Shown in pieces: positions 1 through 5,956 of a stretch of DNA of 21,453 nucleotides. Position 1 is the stretch's first letter. Every line of letters begins with the position of its first letter. Both the position numbers and the translations under genes were made by a program. This DNA is from a virus (lineage: Duplodnaviria; Heunggongvirae; Uroviricota; Caudoviricetes), in IMG/VR virus record IMGVR_UViG_2698536428_000001, positions 1 to 21,453 of that record, one strand, 5' to 3'. Under the pieces are notes generated by a model, which saw only the letters and a list, made by a program, of their open reading frames with translations, ran no database searches and was not told the origin of the DNA.

Positions 1-1
1 A

Positions 2-619
2 ATCACGGGCGGCGACCCCGTGGAAATCAACCCGAAATATGAAAAGCGTTTCACTACGGTAATCAGGGCGGTGGTGCTGGCGACCAATAACAACCCGATG
101 ATATTCACCGAACGGGCCGGAGGCGTGTCACGTCGTCGGGTTATTTTCCGCTTCGACAATATCGTAAGCGAGGCAGAAAAAGACAGGGAGCTACCGGAAA
201 AGATCGCGGCTGAAATCCCAGTCATTATCCGCCGCTTGCTGGCGAACTTTACCGACCCTGAGAAGGCACGGGCTTTACTACTGGAACAGCGTGACGGTGA
301 TGAAGCTCTGGCAATAAAGCAACAGACGGATCCGGTTATTGAGTTTTGCCAGTTCCTGAATTTTCTGGAGGAAGCGCGCGGCCTGATGATGGGTGGCGGT
401 GGCGATTCAGTGAAGTACACGACCAGGAACAGCCTTTACCGCGTCTATCTGGCGTTTATGGCATACGCCGGAAGGAACAAGCCGCTAAACGTGGCTGAGT
501 TCAGCAAAGCTATGAAGCCAGCGGCGAAAGTTTACGGGCATGAATATATTACGCGGAAAGTCAATGGAGTTACGCAGACTAACGCAATAACAACAGACGA
601 TTGCGACGCGTTTTTATAA
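2..619 (+). CDS. Primase/helicase C-terminal region (P4 alpha / PICI Pri-Rep type), 5'-partial at window edge
   Basis: Frame is open from base 2 with no start inside the window (ORF track shows the 20..619 portion). Translation (…VIRAVVLATNNNPMIFTERAGGVSRRRVIFRFDNIV…) resembles the C-terminal domain of P4-family phage/plasmid primases. An iteron array lies immediately downstream, as expected for a rep gene. Confidence 0.55.
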   Translation: MTGGDPVEINPKYEKRFTTVIRAVVLATNNNPMIFTERAGGVSRRRVIFRFDNIVSEAEKDRELPEKIAAEIPVIIRRLLANFTDPEKARALLLEQRDGDEALAIKQQTDPVIEFCQFLNFLEEARGLMMGGGGDSVKYTTRNSLYRVYLAFMAYAGRNKPLNVAEFSKAMKPAAKVYGHEYITRKVNGVTQTNAITTDDCDAFL

Positions 620-629
620 TTTTTTGCAA

Positions 630-860
630 AAGCCCTCTACCTCCTCTACCTGAAAGGAATAAATGCATATTATTCAATATGATAAGTGGGTAGAGGGCCA
701 GGTAGAAGGCTAATAAAAACCCTCTACCTCTTCTACATGATTTTATCAATTCCAGGTAGACAGGTAGAGGTCTGGTAGAAGGGGATTAAAAGCCCTCTAC
801 CATGCTGAAAGGTGCGCCATTGCTGGATTTTTGCAGTGCTTGGTAGAAGGGGTAGAGGGA
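630..860. repeat. Iteron cluster, putative replication origin
   Basis: About 12 copies of an 8-9 bp motif GGTAGAGG / CCTCTACC (variants GGTAGAAGG, GGTAGAC) in both orientations, mostly in pairs 9-12 bp apart (e.g. 634-650, 689-709, 721-736, 754-782, 794-801, 842-859), flanking an AT-rich segment (661-686). Sits directly 3' of the primase gene. Confidence 0.55.
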
Positions 861-906
861 GGGAGGCACAACTCAAAACTTTTTAAACGAGGGGGTAAAA
901 ATAAAA

Positions 907-1164
907 ATGCGCACATCAGGAAAACTTAATAATCAGAAGAAGCAGCATAACCGCGCCATTGACCTTACAGAGCACTGGCTGAGAGTGGCGATAAAAATCA
1001 TCGACCGCAACACGGGGGAAGGATACGCGAAAGCACATCCCGAACTGATAAGCGCATTCATGACCACGGAGGCGGCAAACTTTGCCACGCTGACAGAACG
1101 GGAGATTGCCGAAGCGGAACAGGTAACAACCATCAACGTTAAAACCGGAGAGCAGACAGCATGA
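907..1164 (+). CDS. Hypothetical protein (85 aa)
   Basis: ORF with GAGGGGG Shine-Dalgarno 11 nt upstream of the ATG; stop overlaps the ssb start (ATGA), suggesting translational coupling. No recognisable family. Confidence 0.45.
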   Translation: MRTSGKLNNQKKQHNRAIDLTEHWLRVAIKIIDRNTGEGYAKAHPELISAFMTTEAANFATLTEREIAEAEQVTTINVKTGEQTA

Positions 1165-1571
1165 CAGCACAGATAGCAGCTTACGGGCGGCTGGTGGACG
1201 ACCCGCAGGTAAAACAGACCAGCAAGGGTACACCGATGACGCTGGCGCGTATGGCGGTATCTTTGCCATGCAGTCAGGCACAGGACGGACAGGCAGCGTT
1301 ATGGCTATCAGTCCTGGCATTTGGTAAGCAGGCCGACGCGCTGGCGAGACATGAAAAAGGCGACCTTATCAGCGTGGCGGGTAACATGCAGATCAGCCAG
1401 TGGACCGGACAGAACGGGGAAACGCGGCAGGGTTATCAGGTTATTGCAGACAGCGTAATCAGTGCCCGTGCGGCACGTCCTGGCGGGAACAGACGCAAGA
1501 CCACAGGCACACAGGGTAATCAGCCACCAGCGGGAGGCGATGACCATTACGGTGATGATATTCCGTTCTGA
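1161..1571 (+). CDS. ssb: Single-stranded DNA-binding protein (SSB)
   Basis: 136 aa. N-terminal OB-fold pattern typical of SSB (GRLVDDPQ…TPMTLARMAV…WLSVLAFGKQADALARHEKGDLISVAGNMQISQWT…) and the hallmark acidic C-terminal tail ending DDIPF. GGAGAG RBS upstream. Confidence 0.8.
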   Translation: MTAQIAAYGRLVDDPQVKQTSKGTPMTLARMAVSLPCSQAQDGQAALWLSVLAFGKQADALARHEKGDLISVAGNMQISQWTGQNGETRQGYQVIADSVISARAARPGGNRRKTTGTQGNQPPAGGDDHYGDDIPF

Positions 1572-1581
1572 GGGGGTGAGG

Positions 1582-1854
1582 ATGGTACATGACCGCATAG
1601 CGGAGGAACTCGAGGCAAAAGGCTTTTACCGGAGGGCGGCGGCACGATGGGGTGAAGTCATGCAACTGGTGGAGACAGACAAGGAACGGCATCAGGTTAC
1701 GATGCGACGGCTGGAATGTTCCAGGAAGGCACAGAAGCCACCGGAGCCGCCGGATAACTTCGGAGACCTGAGAAAGGCAGTAGATCGCACTTATGCTGAA
1801 ATGGGTATAGATGGTGTAAGCGATGAAATATGGCGTAATTACCCAGACAGCTAA
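1582..1854 (+). CDS. PerC-family transcriptional regulator-like protein (90 aa)
   Basis: ATG at 1582 preceded by a strong RBS (GAGGGGGTGAGG). N-terminus MVHDRIAEELEAKGFYRRAAARWGEVMQ resembles PerC/Pch-family activators as I recall them. The longer ORF from 1462 overlaps ssb and lacks an RBS. Confidence 0.45.
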   Translation: MVHDRIAEELEAKGFYRRAAARWGEVMQLVETDKERHQVTMRRLECSRKAQKPPEPPDNFGDLRKAVDRTYAEMGIDGVSDEIWRNYPDS

Positions 1855-1861
1855 TCAATAG

Positions 1862-1884
1862 CCGGAGTAATCCGGCTTTTTTGT
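1862..1884 (+). terminator. Rho-independent terminator
   Basis: Stem GCCGGA / TCCGGC with GTAA loop followed by TTTTTT, just after the perC-like stop. Confidence 0.7.
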
Positions 1885-1889
1885 ACCCA

Positions 1890-1933
1890 AAAAAAGCCCG
1901 ATAAGTACAGGAGGCATCTTATCGGGCTTTTGC
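1890..1933. terminator. Bidirectional terminator-like hairpin
   Basis: 10-bp stem GCCCGATAAG / CTTATCGGGC flanked by an A7 run on the 5' side and TTTTG on the 3' side. Confidence 0.5.
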
Positions 1934-2010
1934 ATATGAGGTTTTTTTTGGTGCACTGACACACATGATCTGGATCATCATTTCATAATTTGCAACACAA
2001 CTCAACATCA

Positions 2011-2038
2011 TTGCATAAAATGCAATCATGATTATAAT
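2011..2038 (+). promoter_or_regulatory. Sigma70-type promoter for the capsid-paralog operon
   Basis: TTGCAT (2011-2016), 16-bp spacer, perfect TATAAT (2033-2038), about 55 nt upstream of the first operon ORF. The -35 lies inside the palindrome ATTGCAT-AAA-ATGCAAT. Confidence 0.5.
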
Positions 2039-2043
2039 CAGAT

Positions 2044-2059
2044 CTGGATGAACATCCAG
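2044..2059. promoter_or_regulatory. Putative operator (perfect inverted repeat CTGGATG-AA-CATCCAG)
   Basis: Perfect 7-bp inverted repeat immediately downstream of the -10 element, overlapping the predicted transcription start. Has CTG-N10-CAG spacing but is off the LexA consensus. Confidence 0.4.
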
Positions 2060-2094
2060 TTATGATTTTTTAAGTCAAAGAGGAATTTCTTACT

Positions 2095-2301
2095 ATGGCT
2101 GAAGAGAAAAAAGGCGGTGTTTCGGTGTACATAAGCCCCGACATCGTGAAGGCGCTCAAGGAACGCCACCAGCAGAACGTAAAAGCAGGCATTGCGGCAG
2201 GACTTGATCCGCTGGCGATGGTTGAGCCGTCAACAGGCTGGCAGGTACGCGCCTATTTACGCGCGGCGCTGGGTATGAATCAGGTTCACGGGGGTGAATA
2301 A
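2095..2301 (+). CDS. Hypothetical protein (68 aa), first gene of the capsid-paralog operon
   Basis: ATG preceded by AAGAGGAA RBS. Stop TAA overlaps the ATG of the next gene (TAATG), suggesting translational coupling. Confidence 0.5.
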   Translation: MAEEKKGGVSVYISPDIVKALKERHQQNVKAGIAAGLDPLAMVEPSTGWQVRAYLRAALGMNQVHGGE

Positions 2302-3356
2302 TGACAGTAAAAGCAATATCACTTAACACTAACCAGCTTTTTGCGTACCTGAATCGCGAGGATATTGCGGAATTTAAATTCAGTCCGCTGTTTACCGCGC
2401 TGTTTTTCCCGAACGTGGCGACATTCAACACACAGGACATCATGTTAGATAACCTGGATATTGAAGAAGTCACTATGTCGGCGTTTTGTTCGCCTATGGT
2501 GGGTAGCCAGGTTCAGCGCGATAAAGGGTACGAAACAAGCATTATTCGCCCTGGCTACATGAAGCCAAAACACGAAATCGATCCATTAAAAACAATAATG
2601 CGCATGGCTGGAGAAGATCCGGCACAGCTTAACGACCCTACCTACCGCCGTATGCGCCTGATTACTGGCAACATGCGCCGCCAGATAAACGCCATTAAAG
2701 CGCGCGTGGAATGGCTGGCGGTAAATGCGGTAACGACCGGAAAAAACATCATTGAGGGCGAAGGCATAGAGCGCTATGAAATCGACTGGAAGATACCGGA
2801 AAAAAACATCATAGAGCAGGCCGACGGTAAAAAATGGTCAGAGCAGGACAAAGACATACACGACCCAATCTATGACATTGAGCTATACGCAGATCAGGCA
2901 GGTTGCCCCGCAAACGTCATGATTATGGGCGTTGATGTATGGCGCATGTTACGCAGCTTTAAAAAATTCCGTGAACTGTACGATCTCTCCCGTGGTTCAG
3001 AATCCGCCGCAGAGCTGGCATGTAAAAACCTGGGAGAAGTGGTGAGCTTTAAAGGCTATCTTGGTGATCTGGCCCTTATCGTCTATTCCGGCAAATACAC
3101 TGACAGCGACGGCACAGAAAAATATTTCCTTGAGCCTGATTTGCTGGTCCTGGGCAACACCAACAATAAAGGGCTGGTGGCCTATGGTGCGATTATGGAA
3201 CAGGAAGCGGTAAGAACGGGCGCAACGCAAAACATGTTTTACCCGAAAAACTGGATTGAAGACGGCGATCCGGCGATTGAGTACGTGCAGACACACAGCG
3301 CACCGCAGCCTGTTCCGGCAGATATTCGCAAATTTGTTACCGTCAAAATTGGTTAA
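2301..3356 (+). CDS. Major capsid protein, divergent paralog of lambda gpE
   Basis: 351 aa, colinear with lambda gpE (341 aa) along its whole length, with conserved blocks such as PGY(M/V)KPKHE, DP.YRR.R.I and YPKNW; roughly 35-45% identity by eye. Clearly distinct from the lambda E copy at 8427-9452. Confidence 0.8.
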   Translation: MTVKAISLNTNQLFAYLNREDIAEFKFSPLFTALFFPNVATFNTQDIMLDNLDIEEVTMSAFCSPMVGSQVQRDKGYETSIIRPGYMKPKHEIDPLKTIMRMAGEDPAQLNDPTYRRMRLITGNMRRQINAIKARVEWLAVNAVTTGKNIIEGEGIERYEIDWKIPEKNIIEQADGKKWSEQDKDIHDPIYDIELYADQAGCPANVMIMGVDVWRMLRSFKKFRELYDLSRGSESAAELACKNLGEVVSFKGYLGDLALIVYSGKYTDSDGTEKYFLEPDLLVLGNTNNKGLVAYGAIMEQEAVRTGATQNMFYPKNWIEDGDPAIEYVQTHSAPQPVPADIRKFVTVKIG

Positions 3357-3358
3357 CG

Positions 3359-3703
3359 GTGGATTCTATGAACACTCCATACATTGAGTTATTTGCAGGC
3401 AGTCAGCAGGTATCAACGACGCTGGTACATTTTGCCGCTGATGCTGGCGTTATTCAGGAATTTACCCCGCTGATGCTGGCGGACAATGGCGAGTTTAAGC
3501 CGTGGGATGGTCAGGAATCTGGCAAGGCTGTTTATCTGACCTCGTACCCCGTTGACACGTCGACGCAGAAATCAGCACAGTGCTATAAGACGGGGATATT
3601 CAATATCGCCGCCGTTAACTGGCCTGAGAGCGTCGACACCGATGCGAAAAAATGCGCCGCCTTTGCGGGTTCTGGCGTATCCGTTCAGCCGCTGGCCAGA
3701 TAA
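3359..3703 (+). CDS. Capsid decoration protein, divergent paralog of lambda gpD
   Basis: About 111-114 aa. Aligns with lambda gpD (110 aa): TPLMLADNGEFKPWDG versus [17 protein letters not shown], and C-terminal KKCAAFAGSGVSVQ versus [14 protein letters not shown]. Start is either GTG 3359 or ATG 3368; the RBS is weak for both. Confidence 0.75.
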   Translation: MDSMNTPYIELFAGSQQVSTTLVHFAADAGVIQEFTPLMLADNGEFKPWDGQESGKAVYLTSYPVDTSTQKSAQCYKTGIFNIAAVNWPESVDTDAKKCAAFAGSGVSVQPLAR

Positions 3704-3715
3704 GCAGGGGGAACG

Positions 3716-4129
3716 ATGGCAACGAATGAAAGCATCATGGCGCTACCGCTGGCGAGTAAATTTAAAGCCGAAGCGCGGGCAATGGCTGACAGAGGGTTAT
3801 CAACCTACGAGGCCGTATATCAACTCAACAAACTGGAAGAACAGGACAAGCCGCGCGCTGATGCGATTATGGCGCTTCATGAACATAACGACTATCAGCC
3901 GCTGTTACGTGCAATGGCAAACGTGCCATGTATTAGCGTCGATAATGCTCGTGAAATCCTGAACATGACCATAGAGCAGGAGCGCCCAAAGGTTGCACCA
4001 GAGCTTACCGCAGCCTTTGAAAACTTTATGGACATGCACAGCCCGCAAGCCGTATCAGCTGGCATGGCATACGATGGCAGAAACCAGGGCGATGACGGCG
4101 ACATCGATCACATACTGAAAACCATCTGA
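3716..4129 (+). CDS. Hypothetical protein (137 aa), last gene of the capsid-paralog operon
   Basis: ATG preceded by a GGGGGA RBS and followed by a strong terminator. No recognisable similarity to lambda FI/FII or other families by eye. Confidence 0.5.
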   Translation: MATNESIMALPLASKFKAEARAMADRGLSTYEAVYQLNKLEEQDKPRADAIMALHEHNDYQPLLRAMANVPCISVDNAREILNMTIEQERPKVAPELTAAFENFMDMHSPQAVSAGMAYDGRNQGDDGDIDHILKTI

Positions 4130-4135
4130 GACAAG

Positions 4136-4159
4136 GCCGGAGAAATCCGGCTTTTTTTT
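4136..4159 (+). terminator. Rho-independent terminator
   Basis: Stem GCCGGA / TCCGGC with GAAA loop followed by T8. Confidence 0.75.
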
Positions 4160-4160
4160 A

Positions 4161-4228
4161 CGGGTCCTTTCCGGCATATGGACCCGTTACGGGGCGGCGA
4201 CCTCGCGGATTTTCGCTATTTATGAGAT
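4161..4228 (+). other. Lambda-type cos segment copy 1 (cosQ-side flank, cosN, proximal cosB), rightward orientation
   Basis: Contains the lambda 12-nt cohesive-end sequence GGGCGGCGACCT (4192-4203) within GTTACGGGGCGGCGACCTCGCGGATTTTCGCTATTTATGA, nearly identical to the lambda cosN region as I recall it (…GGGCGGCGACCTCGCGGGTTTTCGCTATTTATGAAAATTTTCCGG…). Confidence 0.7.
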
Positions 4229-4241
4229 TTTTTGAGGGGGT

Positions 4242-4387
4242 GGTTGTTGTTTAATTGTTTGGTATATCTAATTGATAAGTAAGGTAAAAATAAAATAAAT
4301 ACAACAACCTTACGATGTATTTTGATGTCATTAATGTGAAAAAATTCAATGATATCAAATGGTTTTGTAAAAACACATGGTTGTTGT
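4242..4387. repeat. GGTTGTTGT repeats (two direct, one inverted) in the AT-rich core; candidate cosB R-like sites for cos copy 1
   Basis: GGTTGTTGT at 4242-4250 and 4379-4387, inverted ACAACAACC at 4300-4308. An IHF-like TATCAAATGGTTT lies near 4349-4361. Spacing from cosN is on the same scale as the lambda R3-I1-R2-R1 arrangement. Confidence 0.35.
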
Positions 4388-4563
4388 ATCGCGTATTTGA
4401 TGGCGTAACAGAAAGTGATTTTTAACTTTACCGCTCTGTAACTACGGATTATTCCATGCTGGCACGGAGAACGGCTACGGCATGACGCCACCCAGCCTAT
4501 ACAGAACAGTAAAGCCGATAAATTGTTAATCACGCGCAGCAATGCGTGTGATTTTTGCACACT

Positions 4564-4677
4564 TCCGGTTAACGGGTACGATGTCCGGTTTTAGTGTCTG
4601 TTTTTTGCGCATGTCCGGTTCATAGAAAGCATGTTTTTATATTTTTCATATGGTTAACTTGCAGAGAAACCGGACAT
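4564..4677. repeat. ATGTCCGGTT repeats (two direct, one inverted, one partial); candidate cosB R-like sites for cos copy 2
   Basis: ATGTCCGGTT at 4581-4590 and 4611-4620, inverted AACCGGACAT at 4668-4677, partial TCCGGTT at 4564-4570. They sit on the cosB side of the minus-oriented cosN, with AT-rich DNA between the inverted and direct copies. Confidence 0.4.
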
Positions 4678-4691
4678 GGATCCCGGAAAAT

Positions 4692-4759
4692 TTTCATAAA
4701 TAGTGAAAAACCGCGAGGTCGCCGCCCCGTAACGGGCCATAATTCCAGGAAGGACCCGA
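4692..4759 (-). other. Lambda-type cos segment copy 2, leftward orientation
   Basis: The reverse complement reads GGCCCGTTACGGGGCGGCGACCTCGCGGTTTTTCACTATTTATGAAAATTTTCCGG, matching the lambda left-end sequence through about 50 nt. Plus-strand cosN complement AGGTCGCCGCCC is at 4716-4727. Forms a ~68-bp imperfect inverted repeat with 4161-4228. Confidence 0.7.
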
Positions 4760-4791
4760 CGACACCAGACTATCAGAGCGATGGGGGCACA

Positions 4792-5073
4792 ATGACAGAA
4801 GCCGAAATACTGGGATTAATCCGCCGTGCTGGTGGAATCAGCCAGCAGGTTGACGAACAGGCCACGCAGCCGGACAGCGTGACAGCCGAAAATTATGCGC
4901 GTGTTGTTGCTGAGGTGATGCGCCGTGATGGTATCCAGCTTAATGGCGTGGATATGCGCAACATACGAACCAGAGTTCTTGAGTTGCTGGCCTACCGTCG
5001 CCGCGTGGAGATGTATCGGGAGAAGGAGAAAATAACGTACCACTGGAAGAAGCCGGAGCGGTTGCGGCGGTAA
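4792..5073 (+). CDS. Hypothetical protein (93 aa) adjacent to cos
   Basis: ATG at 4792 preceded by a GGGGG RBS; basic, Arg-rich C-terminus. The longer ORF from 4594 starts in AT-rich non-coding-looking DNA and is less likely. Confidence 0.45.
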   Translation: MTEAEILGLIRRAGGISQQVDEQATQPDSVTAENYARVVAEVMRRDGIQLNGVDMRNIRTRVLELLAYRRRVEMYREKEKITYHWKKPERLRR

Positions 5074-5425
5074 CTGGTTGATATTCCCGACGGCCCAAAA
5101 ATGGGTTGGCTACACCACTCACAACTACGACATTTTCGCAGTTTAATTAATGGTCAGCTTAATCGCTAACCCGCTGATATTTTCGGAAACCTCAATTTGA
5201 GGAAGTCGGCGCGGTAACTTGCTGATATTCCCGATAACGCAAAATTGCGCTGGCTGGCAGAGTGCAAATTTGCACGATGGCCTAACCCATTGATTCTTTC
5301 GAAAACCCCCATTGGGGGAGAACGGGGGAATAAACCTGACTCATTGATTCTTCCACAATCCTCAATTTGAGGAAGTCGGCGCGGTAACTCGCTGAACTTT
5401 AAGCAAAGCGCAAAATTGCGCTTGC
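5062..5425. repeat. Three imperfect direct repeats (core CGGCGCGGTAACTNGCTGA…) with embedded palindromes
   Basis: Copies at about 5064-5100, 5188-5250 and 5358-5425. The last two share about 60 bp, including CCTCAATTTGAGGAAGTCGGCGCGGTAACT and GCAAAATTGCGC. Confidence 0.6.
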
Positions 5426-5956
5426 TGAATAATCATTATGATTACGCAGATGATTAAGGAATGACCGAAGGCGGAAATTCGCCTGTGGTTAATGGGGGAG
5501 TTGCAGATCTGCAACTCGACCATGAAACTACGGAAACTACCCGTAGTTTGGGTAGTAAGAGTAACACCCAGATTTTGGGGCTTACTCGTGATACCCAAAT
5601 TTGGGGTATCGGTGGCAACCATAACGACTTTCGTTACGGTTGATGCTTTTACCCCATTGGGGGAAAGGTATTACGATAATCATAACACCTACCGAACAGG
5701 TAAAGCCCACCAGCCTGATTAACGTTTAACCGGAAAAAAATTCCGGTAGGTGGGGATCCCTATATCGACATTAACGCCCACTAAAACTGTGCATATATGC
5801 ATAGAAAAAGCATCCACCAGCTTTATGACGGATGCCGCTCATCTTATAAATAATCGTGTATTGCAGTGTGTATTGCGACTCCTTTAAACGATAGGTCTGA
5901 GCATTCGTAATGTACTGTTTTTAAATTTTATTTTTTCCTGTCTTTTCATAAAAGCC

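Noticed and set aside
1462-1581. Longer form of the PerC-like ORF starting at 1462
   Set aside because: Overlaps the 3' end of ssb in another frame. The internal ATG at 1582 has a strong RBS and matches the expected PerC-like N-terminus.
2044-2059. Canonical LexA (SOS) box
   Set aside because: CTG-N10-CAG spacing is present, but the conserved T at position 4 and A at position 13 are replaced (CTGG…CCAG). Kept only as an unspecified operator.
4216-4560. 114-aa ORF on the minus strand in the AT-rich cos core
   Set aside because: AT-rich, low-complexity translation with no RBS. The region is better explained as cosB-like regulatory DNA.
4161-4759. Cosmid or cloning-vector cos cassette (BamHI sites at 4678 and 5753 noticed)
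   Set aside because: The cos copies carry mismatches to lambda, are inverted duplicates, and are flanked by non-lambda cosB-like repeats. No vector backbone, resistance gene or polylinker is present.
4594-4791. Upstream extension of the 93-aa ORF to ATG 4594 (159 aa)
   Set aside because: The extension runs through the cos inverted repeat and R-like repeats, and lacks an RBS. ATG 4792 with a GGGGG RBS is the more plausible start.
5062-5425. Possible CRISPR array
   Set aside because: Repeats are imperfect, of unequal length and irregularly spaced (about 145-170 bp), and no cas genes are present.
5461-5700. tRNA or tmRNA gene as an integration target
   Set aside because: No cloverleaf-compatible arrangement or T-arm consensus (GGTTCGAATCC-like) found by eye; the structures present are simple palindromes.
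5461-5722. Overlapping 60-aa and 76-aa ORFs
   Set aside because: They sit in palindrome-dense DNA; the AAGGA motif is only 1-2 nt from the ATG (too close for a functional SD). Treated as non-coding.
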